64,000 nucleotides of DNA from an uncultured Acidobacteriota bacterium (lineage in GTDB: Bacteria > Acidobacteriota > Terriglobia > Terriglobales > Acidobacteriaceae), in the NCBI GenBank assembly GCA_963820925.1, contig CAWGBX010000005.1:208605-272604 (forward strand), read 5' to 3'. Shown piece after piece: positions 10,027 through 20,035 of this stretch. The number at the start of each line of letters is the position of its first letter. Within the stretch, counting starts at the first letter, position 1. A model generated the notes under the pieces. That model was not told where the DNA came from. It made no database searches and saw only the letters and a list, made by a program, of their open reading frames with translations. Position numbers and translations under genes: made by a program.

Positions 10027-10669
10027 CCTGAGCTTTCAAATCGAGAAAGCGGAACCACAGCGCTTCACGGTTGCGCCGACCCTCCTGTTCAAACTCCGAA
10101 TTACGAACACGGTTGCGAATGAAACCGTCCATTCGGTCGCATTGCGCTGCCAGATCCAGATTGAAGTAACGCGGCGGCAGTATAGTGCCGGGGACCAAGA
10201 GCAACTGCGTGACCTTTTTGGGGAGACGGAACGCTGGGGCCAGACTCTGAAAACCATGCTGTGGACCCATGCCAGCGTGGTCGCGCCCGCATTTCAGGAC
10301 ACCGCCGTAGTGGATCTTCCTGTGCCTTGTACCTTCGACTTCAATGTGGCTGCGACTAAGTACTTCCATGGCCTTGCGGATGGCGACGTCCCCCTCTGTT
10401 TTCTGTTCAGCGGAACAGTTTTTTATGCAAATGGTGACGGAGCACTGCAAGTAGGCCCGATCCCTTGGGATAAGGAAGCCCACTTCCGGCTTCCGGTGAA
10501 ATCGTGGCGCGAAATGATAGACATCTACTATCCCAATAGCGCATGGCTCTGTTTGCGCCGGGATGTTTTCGAGCGACTCTATCAGTACAAGGTTGAGCAC
10601 GGCATTCCGACCTGGGAGCAAGCGTTGGAGAGCATGCTTCCTGCGCTGGAAGAGGCAGTGAAGCGATGA
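10019..10669 (+). CDS. Hydrogenase-cluster conserved hypothetical protein
   Basis: ATG with RBS GAGGAAG; ATGA overlap with downstream gene; diverse composition, no shadow-ORF signature. Confidence 0.6.
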   Translation: MPDLSFQIEKAEPQRFTVAPTLLFKLRITNTVANETVHSVALRCQIQIEVTRRQYSAGDQEQLRDLFGETERWGQTLKTMLWTHASVVAPAFQDTAVVDLPVPCTFDFNVAATKYFHGLADGDVPLCFLFSGTVFYANGDGALQVGPIPWDKEAHFRLPVKSWREMIDIYYPNSAWLCLRRDVFERLYQYKVEHGIPTWEQALESMLPALEEAVKR

Positions 10670-11724
10670 ATACGAAATCAGTCAACGCAATCGCGAATGC
10701 CGTGCTCTACGAGGGGTACATGCTCTACCCCTACCGCCCTTCCTCGGTGAAAAACCGTCAGCGGTTCAACTTCGGCGTGCTTTATCCCAGGTCCTACAGT
10801 GATACACAGACTGGTTCAGATGTCTGCAGCATGCAGACCGAGTGCCTTGTCCAAGGTTCTTTTCTCACTGCAGTCGAGGTAAGAGTGCGTTTCCTCAAGA
10901 TGGTCGCACGTTCGGTTCGCAAGGTAACAGAACCAATGCAATCACCGGATGTCGGTCTCGGTTTCGAGCCCGTTCCGCTTCTCGAGGTCGACGGCAAGGT
11001 ATTCGCGCCCTGGCAGGAGGCAATCGAATGTGAAGTAACCGTACCGGCTTGCAATCTGGATTCGTTGACTGAAGCGCCGCTTGAACGGAAATTCGAATTT
11101 CCCCCGAAAGAGGAAACGGAATTCTTACGCGACGCGACCGACCGCCTCGTAGGCCTGATTGCAAGGAGGCAGGAATCGGTCCAAGGGATAGTTGAGATGG
11201 TGGCGTTGCGCGTTGCCGGCGAACTGTTCAAAGTCCACGTGCGGGTGAAGAACCTCACCTCTTTTGGAGACGACTCCGTCCAGACCAGCCGGGACACAGC
11301 TTTGATGCGATCGCTGGTCTCCACTCACATCCTGCTAGGCGCAGTGGATGGTCGGTTTGTCTCTCTGCTGGAGCCGCCCGACAATCTGAGAGATCTCGCC
11401 ACGAGCTGCCAGAATGTCGGAGCCTGGCCGGTGTTGGTCGGCGCCGAAGGAGAGCAGGACACAATACTTGCCTCACCCATCATTCTCTACGATTACCCGC
11501 AAATTGCGCCGGAAAGCCCCGGCGACTTGTTCGACGGAACGGAGATTGATGAGATTCTCGCGTTGCGCATTCTGACCATGACCGACGACGAGAAGCGCGA
11601 AATGCGTAGCACGGACGAGCGTGCCCGCAAAATGCTCGACAGAACGGAAACTCTGCCGATGGAGCAGCTGTTGAAGCTCCACGGTACGTTGAGGGAATTG
11701 CGTTCGTTGAAGGAGATGCCATGA
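10666..11724 (+). CDS. Hydrogenase-cluster conserved hypothetical protein (352 aa)
   Basis: Start/stop overlaps (ATGA) with both neighbours indicate a coupled operon. Confidence 0.6.
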   Translation: MNTKSVNAIANAVLYEGYMLYPYRPSSVKNRQRFNFGVLYPRSYSDTQTGSDVCSMQTECLVQGSFLTAVEVRVRFLKMVARSVRKVTEPMQSPDVGLGFEPVPLLEVDGKVFAPWQEAIECEVTVPACNLDSLTEAPLERKFEFPPKEETEFLRDATDRLVGLIARRQESVQGIVEMVALRVAGELFKVHVRVKNLTSFGDDSVQTSRDTALMRSLVSTHILLGAVDGRFVSLLEPPDNLRDLATSCQNVGAWPVLVGAEGEQDTILASPIILYDYPQIAPESPGDLFDGTEIDEILALRILTMTDDEKREMRSTDERARKMLDRTETLPMEQLLKLHGTLRELRSLKEMP

Positions 11725-12575
11725 ACGAATGGGAATGGCAGCTCCTCGAAGCCAAAAAACCGGTGGACGACCTGCGTATTTCGGATATCGAGGTGCGACC
11801 CGGCAGCCGGGTTAGATTGTGCCCGCGAGCGGGCGGCGACATCATGGATATTGCGCTCGCGGGTAAGACCGCCGTTATCGAGTCGATCGAACAGGACTAT
11901 GACGGTAAGGTCCACGTTTGCGTTGTCATCGATGAGGATCCGGGGCGGGACATCGGCCTGATGCGACAACCAGGTCACCGTTTCTTCTTCGATCCGGACG
12001 AAGTTGAACCGCTCCCCCGCGGTGACGATGAAGATGCCGAGCGGGCGAAGATGCCCCGGATCCTCATCGCTGGCATTGGAAATATATTTCTCGGGGATGA
12101 CGCTTTTGGTATCGAGGTGGTGCGGCGCTTGTCGACACAAGAGCTGCCACAGAACATTCGAGTGACTGACTTCGGCATCCGGGGTTACGACTTGGCCTAC
12201 GCGCTACTCGATGGATACGACACCACCATCCTGGTTGACGCGTGTCCGCGCGGCGAACCGGCGGGCACGCTATATGTGATTGAACCCGACGTGAGCGAGT
12301 TTGGTGGGCCAGAAGAGCGGCAGAATGCGGTCGAAGCTCATAGCATGAACCCCTTGAATGTGCTGCGTCTCGCGACCTCTATGGGCGGTCCGCTGAAGCG
12401 AGTCCTACTGGTTGGATGTGAGCCGGGAACCCTCGGTCCGGAGGAAGGTCAGATGGGGCTGAGTGAACCGGTCGAGGCTGCCGTCGATGAAGCGGTGAAA
12501 TTGGTGAAATCGCTGATTGCCAAGATACTGAATGGGGATGAATCCGGTACAAAGAACGTAAACGACATTCAATGA
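11721..12575 (+). CDS. Hydrogenase maturation endopeptidase (HupD/HyaD/HycI family) with ~115-aa N-terminal extension of unknown function
   Basis: C-terminal half ILIAGIGNIFLGDDAFGIEVV...ILVDACPRG...HSMNP matches the large-subunit C-terminal processing protease; N-terminal 115 aa has no match I recognise. Confidence 0.75.
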   Translation: MNEWEWQLLEAKKPVDDLRISDIEVRPGSRVRLCPRAGGDIMDIALAGKTAVIESIEQDYDGKVHVCVVIDEDPGRDIGLMRQPGHRFFFDPDEVEPLPRGDDEDAERAKMPRILIAGIGNIFLGDDAFGIEVVRRLSTQELPQNIRVTDFGIRGYDLAYALLDGYDTTILVDACPRGEPAGTLYVIEPDVSEFGGPEERQNAVEAHSMNPLNVLRLATSMGGPLKRVLLVGCEPGTLGPEEGQMGLSEPVEAAVDEAVKLVKSLIAKILNGDESGTKNVNDIQ

Positions 12576-12587
12576 GAGGAGACTGCC

Positions 12588-12800
12588 GTGGCCATGGAAT
12601 TCTCTGAAGGTAGCAACAACAATGGAAGCGACAAGGAAACGTTGTACATGCTCGGTGGAGCAGCCCTTATTCTGTTTGGGACAGGATTGATCCTTTCCAA
12701 CCCAATCGTCCGGCGTTATCTCGGGCAACTGGGAGTCGGCAATCTTGTGCAGGCTGCCTTGCCGGATGTTGATCGGTATCTGAAGCTGCGGGCTATGTGA
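12588..12800 (+). CDS. Small (70 aa) single-pass membrane protein, hypothetical
   Basis: RBS GAGAGGAGA upstream; one hydrophobic segment LYMLGGAALILFGTGLILS. Confidence 0.35.
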   Translation: MAMEFSEGSNNNGSDKETLYMLGGAALILFGTGLILSNPIVRRYLGQLGVGNLVQAALPDVDRYLKLRAM

Positions 12801-12813
12801 CGCCTGGACAATA

Positions 12814-13386
12814 ATGGGATTAACGACACAAACTAGCGTTCATTACGTCACGGACACGAGAGCCAGCCAATTCACGGTGCAGGTATTCTCCGGCGGACTG
12901 CTGTCGGCTTTCGGTCACAGTCCAACCATCGCCATCCGTGACTTCGTGGGCGAGGTAGAAGTGAACCCCGATGATCTCCAGCGCTCTTCTCTCAGAGTTA
13001 CGATCCAGCCATCGTCGTTGACGGTGAGGGACGATATTTCCGACAAGGATCGGCGGGACATGGAGTTGGCCATGCAGCAGGAGATTCTTGAGATATCGGC
13101 CTATCCCGAGATCATTTATGAGTGCTCGAACATCAGCGTCACCAAAGCCGGCGAAGGGCAGTACTCGATCACCCTCAATGGCGAGTTGACTCTGCACGGC
13201 GTTACTCGTTCTCAGATTGTCCCCGCACGACTGGTGCTGGCCGAGGATTCGCTGCGGGCCTTTGGGACCTTTTCACTTTTGCAGACCGATTATCATTTGA
13301 AACTGGCGTCCGTCGCCGGGGGCGCGCTGAAGGTGAAAGACGAATTGAAGTTTTCATTTAACATCCTGGCTCGAAAGAAAGAGTGA
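12814..13386 (+). CDS. YceI-like (polyisoprenoid-binding) domain protein
   Basis: Length 190 aa and pattern QFTVQVFSGG...LTLHGVT...TDYHLK typical of the YceI fold. Confidence 0.55.
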   Translation: MGLTTQTSVHYVTDTRASQFTVQVFSGGLLSAFGHSPTIAIRDFVGEVEVNPDDLQRSSLRVTIQPSSLTVRDDISDKDRRDMELAMQQEILEISAYPEIIYECSNISVTKAGEGQYSITLNGELTLHGVTRSQIVPARLVLAEDSLRAFGTFSLLQTDYHLKLASVAGGALKVKDELKFSFNILARKKE

Positions 13387-13431
13387 ACGCGTGCACAGGA
13401 AGAATCAGCCATCGTGGGGAGAAGAGCTGAC

Positions 13432-13725
13432 ATGTGCTTAGCCATACCGGGGCAAATCGTTGAACTTTTTCCTGACCAACCGAACGCCGCGCTGATTGAC
13501 GTGGTGGGTGTCCGGCGCAAGGTTGATTTGGGACTCCTGCAGGACAACTTGCCGGTGAAGGGAGACTGGGTCCTCATCCATGTTGGGTTTGCCATGAGCA
13601 AGATCAGCGAGGAAGACGCTCTGGACCAGATGCGTACGCTCCGAATGCTGGGAGAGGCCGACGCCGCGATGCAAGAAATTGAAGGTTATGGACTAGACGA
13701 TGCCGCGAACCAGAAAGCGTCGTGA
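13432..13725 (+). CDS. hypC: Hydrogenase maturation factor HypC
   Basis: Starts MCLAIPGQIVE (essential N-terminal Cys2); RBS GGGAGAAGAG; track ORF begins 18 nt upstream at 13414. Confidence 0.85.
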   Translation: MCLAIPGQIVELFPDQPNAALIDVVGVRRKVDLGLLQDNLPVKGDWVLIHVGFAMSKISEEDALDQMRTLRMLGEADAAMQEIEGYGLDDAANQKAS

Positions 13726-13750
13726 AGCATCTTAACGTGGCAAACAAGGA

Positions 13751-14887
13751 TTGGGTATGAAGTTCGTGGACGAGTTTCGCGATCCTGAAGTCATCACCAA
13801 GACGTCGGAAGAAATCCGCCGGCTGGCCGATCCCAATCGCCATTACCGCATCATGGAAGTGTGCGGCGGCCATACGCACGCGATTTACCGCTTTGGCCTG
13901 AAAGATCTGCTTCCGTCGAACATAGAACTTATTCACGGCCCGGGTTGCCCAGTCTGCGTGCTCCCGATGGGACGAATCGACGACGGTCTGTCCATCGCGC
14001 AACAGCCCGACGTTATCTTCGCCGCATTCGGCGACATGATGAGGGTCCCGGGCACGCAAGGCAGTCCTCTCGAGCATAAGGCCCGCGGGATGGATGTTCG
14101 CATCGTCTATTCACCTTCTGACGCGCTCAAGCTTGCTCAAGTAAATCCGGACAAGCACGTCATGTTCTTTGCTATCGGATTTGAGACCACGGCTCCGTCA
14201 ACCGCGCTGACACTGGTGCGAGCGAAGACTCAGGGCATCCACAATTTTTCCGTGTTCTGTAATCACGTAACCATTATTCCGGCAATCCGGGCGATTCTGG
14301 ATTCTCCAGACATGCGTATTGACGCGTTCATCGGGCCCGGGCACGTATCGACCGTGATTGGTTGCCGGCCTTATGAATGGATCGCCAAGAACGAAAACAA
14401 ACCGGTCGCCGTCTCCGGCTTCGAGCCGCTGGATATTCTGCAGTCCATTGTCATGGTTCTGCGTCAACTGAAGGCGGATGAGGCCAGGATCGAAAATCAG
14501 TACAAGCGCGTAGTGCCGTGGGAAGGAAATCGGGCTGCGCTCAGGGCCATGGCAGACGTTTTCGAGTTGCGTCCCTATTTTGAGTGGAGAGGACTCGGCT
14601 TCATCTCTCAGTCAGCCCTGCGCATCCGGGAAACGTATGCAGAGTGGGATGCCGAGCAGCGTTTCCACATTCCCGGAGTGCGGGTGACCGATCCCAAGGC
14701 TGCGCAATGCGGGGAAGTGTTGAAAGGTGTGCTCAAACCTCATCAATGCAAGCTCTTTGGCAAGGAGTGTACTCCTGAACATCCGATTGGTGCACTCATG
14801 GTTTCATCAGAGGGATCATGCGCAGCGTACTTCAACTACGAACACCGCAAAACGGCAATGGTGCCCAGCATAGCGTCGGTGGCCTGA
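13751..14887 (+). CDS. hypD: Hydrogenase maturation factor HypD
   Basis: CGGHTHAIY, GPGCPVCV and C-terminal CPVC-type motifs; 378 aa. Confidence 0.9.
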   Translation: MGMKFVDEFRDPEVITKTSEEIRRLADPNRHYRIMEVCGGHTHAIYRFGLKDLLPSNIELIHGPGCPVCVLPMGRIDDGLSIAQQPDVIFAAFGDMMRVPGTQGSPLEHKARGMDVRIVYSPSDALKLAQVNPDKHVMFFAIGFETTAPSTALTLVRAKTQGIHNFSVFCNHVTIIPAIRAILDSPDMRIDAFIGPGHVSTVIGCRPYEWIAKNENKPVAVSGFEPLDILQSIVMVLRQLKADEARIENQYKRVVPWEGNRAALRAMADVFELRPYFEWRGLGFISQSALRIRETYAEWDAEQRFHIPGVRVTDPKAAQCGEVLKGVLKPHQCKLFGKECTPEHPIGALMVSSEGSCAAYFNYEHRKTAMVPSIASVA

Positions 14888-14961
14888 ACGCTGCCGAGGC
14901 CGATGGCTCGGCCATCGACAACAACGCACCGAAGGTGCACTTCCGCGAGCCGCAAATCGAG

Positions 14962-15954
14962 ATGGCTCACGGAGCCGGAGGTAAGGCCAGCCGCCGGCTC
15001 GTAGAAGGTCTTTTTGCTCCGCTTCTTTTTGTGCCGTCCTCAGAACCGCTGGGAGATGCGGCCCATCTGGATTTCAACGGTACCCGGATCGCCATTACCA
15101 CTGATAGTTTCGTAGTCAAGCCCCTGAGTTTTCCTGGCGGCTCGATCGGAGAACTCGCAGTGAACGGAACCGTGAACGATCTGGCGGTTTCGGGAGCGAG
15201 AGCGGAAGCCATGGTAGTCACTTATGTGCTCGAAGCTGGGCTGCCGACGCCTGTGCTCGAGGCCGAAGTACGCGCAATGGGGAACGCAGCACGCAACGCC
15301 GGTGTCGCGATCGCGGGTGGCGACACAAAAGTTGTCGAGCACGGCAAAGCCGATTCTATGTACATCACGACGACCGGAATTGGGCGACCTCTGCATTGGT
15401 TGAATATCGATCCGAGATCCGTTCGTCCGGGCGACAGGATTCTGCTCTCCGGCCCAATCGGCGATCACGGTATCACTATTCTTCTGGCGCGTGGGGAACT
15501 CGATCTTGAAGCTGACCTTCGTTCTGACACGCGCTCCGTACTTCCTCTGGTTGAAGCTCTGGTGAAGGCGGCAGGTCCCGGCATCCGCTGGATGCGCGAC
15601 CCGACGCGCGGCGGTGTGGCCACTTCCCTAAACGAACTTGTTCGCGACTGCGGGTGTGGAATTGTGCTCCTGGAGGAAATGATTCCAATACATGATGCTG
15701 TTCGTGGCGCTTGCGAGTTGTTGGGGCTCGATCCATTGCATATTGCAAATGAAGGCCAATTCCTCGCCGTAGTGGCCCCGGAATACGCGGACGCCGCCCT
15801 CAACGCCTTGACTCTTGCTCCTGGTGGCGAGGATGCGCAGATGATTGGGGAGGTGCGTGAACAGCCGTCCGGCGCGGTCTTGGTCACGACACGTTACGGT
15901 GGGAGCAGGATTATAGATATGCTGGTCGGCGATCCGCTCCCGCGCATTTGTTAG
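14962..15954 (+). CDS. hypE: Hydrogenase maturation factor HypE (carbamoyl dehydratase)
   Basis: MAHGAGGKAS N-terminus and C-terminal ...PRIC; track ORF starts at 14818 overlapping hypD; ATG at 14962 gives canonical 330-aa HypE. Confidence 0.85.
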   Translation: MAHGAGGKASRRLVEGLFAPLLFVPSSEPLGDAAHLDFNGTRIAITTDSFVVKPLSFPGGSIGELAVNGTVNDLAVSGARAEAMVVTYVLEAGLPTPVLEAEVRAMGNAARNAGVAIAGGDTKVVEHGKADSMYITTTGIGRPLHWLNIDPRSVRPGDRILLSGPIGDHGITILLARGELDLEADLRSDTRSVLPLVEALVKAAGPGIRWMRDPTRGGVATSLNELVRDCGCGIVLLEEMIPIHDAVRGACELLGLDPLHIANEGQFLAVVAPEYADAALNALTLAPGGEDAQMIGEVREQPSGAVLVTTRYGGSRIIDMLVGDPLPRIC

Positions 15955-15961
15955 AAACGCA

Positions 15962-17164
15962 TTGGTTAGGAATATTGCGATGGCGACAGTTTGTGGACTG
16001 GCAGCTCAAGTGGAAGAGCGCCTGCTCACCCGGAACCAGATTGTCGAGGAGTTTTTCTCTCGCGAGGCATTCCGCCTCGCTGAAGCTTGCCGCTCCATGT
16101 CCGAGCGTTTCCTGCAGGGAGGGCGGCTGCTTGCCTTTGGACGTGGCCCCTACGCAACCGACGCCCAACATGTCTCCGTCGAATTTGTTCATCCTGTGAT
16201 CGTGGGAAAGCGCGCTCTGCCTGCCCTGGATATTTCCATCCAATTCCGGCCCTGGCTGGAAGCAATACTCCATCCTGAAGATATTGTTATGGGATTTGGC
16301 CCTCCAGAGGGGGACGAGGAGATTCGATCCGCGGTCAACTTTGCCCATGCGCGAAACGCACTGACCTTCGCTCTTCCCGGCGTTGAAGGGTCGTACGCGG
16401 TCGAGGCTTTCACTCAGGATCCATTCATTCACCAGGAAATGATTGAGATCCTTTACCACACGCTGTGGGAAAGTGTGCATGTCTTCCTGGAACATCGCGA
16501 ACTGGGCCATGACGTAGGAGAAGCCGGATTTCTGTACCCATTTCTTGGTCGGGAAAGGCAGGAGACCGACGTTTTGGTGTCTGAGGTAGCGGCCTCGATC
16601 CGGATGAAGGTGCAAGATGATTCAAGGCTGCGTGCACAAGTGGCGCGTGAGCAGGCTGAACAGATCAGCAGCGCGGCCGTTGCGATTCACGAACGTCTGT
16701 CGAAAGGCGGCAAGCTCGTCCTCTTCGGCAACGGCGGGTCGGCGACGGACGCGAACGATTGGGCCATCGACTGCGTGCTTCCTCCGTCGGGCTATCGTCC
16801 TGTTCCAGCAGTCTCGCTCTCGCTCGAGCCAGCGAATATCAGCGCGATCGCGAACGATGTCGGTACAGACGTCATTTTCCTTCGCCAACTCATCGCACAG
16901 GCCCGCCCGGACGACGTTGCCATCGGAATTTCCACCAGCGGCGGATCACGCAACATCATCATGGCGCTGGAAGAAGCGCGTAAGCGAAATATGCTGACCG
17001 TCGCTTTGCTGGGTTATGACGGCGGCGAGATCAAGCGTCGCCGGTTGGCGGACTTTCCCATTGTTGTGCAATGCGATTACATACCGCGCATCCAGGAAGT
17101 GCAAGCTTCGATCTACCACATTATCCGCGAAACCTTGGAGGTATTACGCCGTGGCGAAGCTTGA
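15962..17164 (+). CDS. Tandem SIS-domain protein (GmhA/DiaA-like phosphosugar-binding fold) embedded in the hyp cluster
   Basis: Two SIS-like blocks: LLAFGRGPYATDAQHVSVEF and KLVLFGNGGSATDANDWAIDC ... ISTSGGSRNII. Confidence 0.55.
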   Translation: MVRNIAMATVCGLAAQVEERLLTRNQIVEEFFSREAFRLAEACRSMSERFLQGGRLLAFGRGPYATDAQHVSVEFVHPVIVGKRALPALDISIQFRPWLEAILHPEDIVMGFGPPEGDEEIRSAVNFAHARNALTFALPGVEGSYAVEAFTQDPFIHQEMIEILYHTLWESVHVFLEHRELGHDVGEAGFLYPFLGRERQETDVLVSEVAASIRMKVQDDSRLRAQVAREQAEQISSAAVAIHERLSKGGKLVLFGNGGSATDANDWAIDCVLPPSGYRPVPAVSLSLEPANISAIANDVGTDVIFLRQLIAQARPDDVAIGISTSGGSRNIIMALEEARKRNMLTVALLGYDGGEIKRRRLADFPIVVQCDYIPRIQEVQASIYHIIRETLEVLRRGEA

Positions 17165-17387
17165 ACTCTACGGTACAGCGCGCTGCCCGCATACTCAGGA
17201 GATGCGGGAATGGCTGGAGTGGCAGCGCCGCGATTTCGTTGAGTACGATGTCGAGGCCGACCTTGCCGCCCGTCACCGCATGCGCGGGGTAGCGGCTGGA
17301 CACCGAAGTGTTCCTGTGTTGGTCGAAGATGGCAAGGTGGTTCAAATCGGCTGGCAGGGCCGTAGTTGCGTGGTGGATGTGGAGTAA
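17151..17387 (+). CDS. Glutaredoxin-like small thioredoxin-fold protein (single-Cys CPHT motif)
   Basis: LELYGTARCPHTQEMREWLE...VPVLVEDGKVVQIG; GTG at 17151 with RBS GGAGGT; track ORF 17016 overlaps the previous gene for 150 nt. Confidence 0.5.
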   Translation: MAKLELYGTARCPHTQEMREWLEWQRRDFVEYDVEADLAARHRMRGVAAGHRSVPVLVEDGKVVQIGWQGRSCVVDVE

Positions 17388-17389
17388 CG

Positions 17390-19663
17390 ATGGCAAGCGC
17401 CTGCTCGATCCGAGTTCGCGGCGTTGTGCAAGGCGTTGGCTTCCGCCCGTTCGTCTATCGTCTCGCACGCGCCAATACCCTCGCCGGATGGGTACTGAAC
17501 GGCGAGGAGGGGGTTGAGATTTACCTGGAAGGTAGCGAACCAAGACTGCAGGCTTTTGTTCACGACCTGAAAACACAGCCTCCCCCCGCCGCCAGCATCG
17601 CGGACATCGAGGTCCATTCCGCAGCCCCGGTCGGTCTGAACGACTTCACCATCCGTGAGAGCAAACGGCGCGAGCGGCCTACTGCTCGCATCTCCCCCGA
17701 CCTCCCTGTCTGCGATGCTTGTCTGAAAGAGCTTTTTGATCCAGGGGACCGGCGCTACTGGTATCCCTACATTAACTGTACGAACTGTGGTCCGCGCTAC
17801 ACGGTTGTCCTTGGTCTTCCTTACGACCGACCTAACACTACGATGCAGCACTGGTTGCTCGACGACTACTGCGCCGCGGAATATCAAGATCCGGGCGATC
17901 GCCGTTTTCACGCGCAGCCGGTTGCCTGCCCGATCTGCGGCCCGAGCTATTTCCTTCGTCCTCACGATGGGGCCATGCATGGAAATGAAGCAAGCATTCG
18001 CAAAGCGGTTGAATTGCTTAACAGCGGCAATATCCTCGCGGTGAAAGGGCTGGGCGGATACCATTTGGCCTGCGACGCCGGGAATCCCGCGACTGTCGCG
18101 GCTTTGCGCGAACGCAAATATCGCAAGGAAAAACCGTTTGCGCTCATGGCAAGAGACCTCGAAGTTGCCCGCAAGTTGATCGAGCTTTCAGAGGAATCCG
18201 AAAACCTGCTGATGTCCAGTGCGCGACCCATCGTGCTTGCGCCGGCGAAAGTGAAACTCACTGGAGTTGCACCAGAAAACGGTGAACTCGGAGTGATGCT
18301 GCCCTACACCCCTTTGCACCACTTGCTCTTCGCGGCTGGTGCGCCCGAATCGCTGGTAATGACGAGCGCAAATCGCTCCAGTGAACCGATCGCCTATGAA
18401 GATGAAGAAGCGCTTGACCGCCTTGCGGGCATCGCTGATGCATTCTTGATCGGGCAGCGTCCAATCGCACGACGAGTTGATGACTCCGTGGCCCGGGTGG
18501 GAGTGTTTGGTCCAGCAATTCTTCGACGCTCACGGGGCTATGCTCCCGGCGCCGTTGCGACATTTCCGACGGAGCGCCCGATTTTAGCCGTGGGCGGCGA
18601 CCTGAAAAACACAATCACACTGGTTGTGGACGGCCAAGCATTCGTCAGCCAGCACATCGGCGATTTGGGACATTACCAGTCGCTCCGCGCCTTCCAAGAA
18701 ACTATCCAAGATCTGACGGCAATGTATGACGTTCGCCTCGAGGAACTGGTGGTGGTACACGATTCTCACCCGCAGTACGTCTCCACAGCGCACGCCCTCA
18801 CCCTGGGAGTTCCGCAACCGCTGACAGTGCAGCACCACCGTGCACATATTGCGTCCGTGCTGGCGGAGCGGGGCGAATGGGAAACTCGCGTTGCGGGGGT
18901 CAGCTTTGACGGTACCGGCTACGGCGATGATGGCAGCATTTGGGGCGGCGAGATCTTCGTAGGAAGCATCAAAGCGGGTTTTGAGAGGGTGGCCCATTTA
19001 CGCAGTGCCTCGCTGCCAGGCGGTGACGCTGCGGCGCAGTTTCCGGTTCAGGCCGCAGCTGGTTTCCTGGCGGAGTTGGACGGCTTGCCCGACTTGACAG
19101 GCGCGCCCTTCGGTCTTTCCGAGCGCTACCAAAATGCTTGCGAATTAATTCAGAAGGGCGTGCGGACTTTTGCTACTACTTCCATCGGGCGACTGTTTGA
19201 CGCAGCGGCTGCACTTCTTGGTTTTACCCGTGAGGTTACGTTTGAAGGCCAGGCCGCGATGTGGCTAGAACAACTCGCCCGGAGCGTCCCTTTGACCGAA
19301 CCATATCCTTTTCCGCAGATGGGTGAGGAATTGGATTTTCGGCCGTTACTTCAATGTGTAGTTCGTGACCGGCTTCGTGGCCGGGACCGTCGAGAGATTG
19401 CACGTGCTTTCCAGCTTGGTCTTGCTCAAGGCCTGCGCGACGCCCTGGTCGCCATTTGCAACGCACAGGATCTTGAAATCGTGGTCCTCTCAGGAGGCGT
19501 TTTCCAGAACGAGTTACTGCTCAAGGATCTAAAGTGTTTGCTTGAGAACGAGACTTTGCAGATTTGGACAAATCATGCCGTTCCACCCAATGATGGCGGG
19601 ATCAGCCTGGGGCAGGCGGCGATGGCGGCATTTGACCGATCTGGTGGGCATCACGAGCAGTAG
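17390..19663 (+). CDS. hypF: Carbamoyltransferase HypF
   Basis: Acylphosphatase domain (IRVRGVVQGVGFRPFV), two Zn-finger CxxC pairs, YrdC-like and Kae1-like regions; 757 aa. Confidence 0.9.
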   Translation: MASACSIRVRGVVQGVGFRPFVYRLARANTLAGWVLNGEEGVEIYLEGSEPRLQAFVHDLKTQPPPAASIADIEVHSAAPVGLNDFTIRESKRRERPTARISPDLPVCDACLKELFDPGDRRYWYPYINCTNCGPRYTVVLGLPYDRPNTTMQHWLLDDYCAAEYQDPGDRRFHAQPVACPICGPSYFLRPHDGAMHGNEASIRKAVELLNSGNILAVKGLGGYHLACDAGNPATVAALRERKYRKEKPFALMARDLEVARKLIELSEESENLLMSSARPIVLAPAKVKLTGVAPENGELGVMLPYTPLHHLLFAAGAPESLVMTSANRSSEPIAYEDEEALDRLAGIADAFLIGQRPIARRVDDSVARVGVFGPAILRRSRGYAPGAVATFPTERPILAVGGDLKNTITLVVDGQAFVSQHIGDLGHYQSLRAFQETIQDLTAMYDVRLEELVVVHDSHPQYVSTAHALTLGVPQPLTVQHHRAHIASVLAERGEWETRVAGVSFDGTGYGDDGSIWGGEIFVGSIKAGFERVAHLRSASLPGGDAAAQFPVQAAAGFLAELDGLPDLTGAPFGLSERYQNACELIQKGVRTFATTSIGRLFDAAAALLGFTREVTFEGQAAMWLEQLARSVPLTEPYPFPQMGEELDFRPLLQCVVRDRLRGRDRREIARAFQLGLAQGLRDALVAICNAQDLEIVVLSGGVFQNELLLKDLKCLLENETLQIWTNHAVPPNDGGISLGQAAMAAFDRSGGHHEQ

Positions 19664-19669
19664 GAGACT

Positions 19670-20035
19670 ATGCACGAACTTTCTATTGCGATGAGCATCG
19701 TTGAGATGGCGCAAGAAGAAGCCGAGCAGCGAGGTGGTGCTCAAGTCAGTGCCGTCCACCTCAGGCTGGGGGCGTTGTCAGGCGTGGTGAAAGAGGCCTT
19801 GCTCTCGTGTTATGAAATGGCATGCGACGGCACTCCGTTGAGAGATTCGCGCTTGATCGTGGAGGACATTCCCGTCGTAGTCTTTTGTTCAAATTGCCGG
19901 GAGCAGCGGCCACTCAGTTCCATTCAATTGTTTTGTTGCGCTGAATGTGGCACACCTACGTCTGAGATTGTGCAAGGTAAGGAAATCGAGGTCGTTGCAT
20001 TGGAGATACAGGAATGGGCTCACAACCCCGCTTAG
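19670..20035 (+). CDS. hypA: Hydrogenase nickel-incorporation protein HypA
   Basis: Starts MHELSIA; CxxC...CxxC zinc site near C-terminus. Confidence 0.85.
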   Translation: MHELSIAMSIVEMAQEEAEQRGGAQVSAVHLRLGALSGVVKEALLSCYEMACDGTPLRDSRLIVEDIPVVVFCSNCREQRPLSSIQLFCCAECGTPTSEIVQGKEIEVVALEIQEWAHNPA

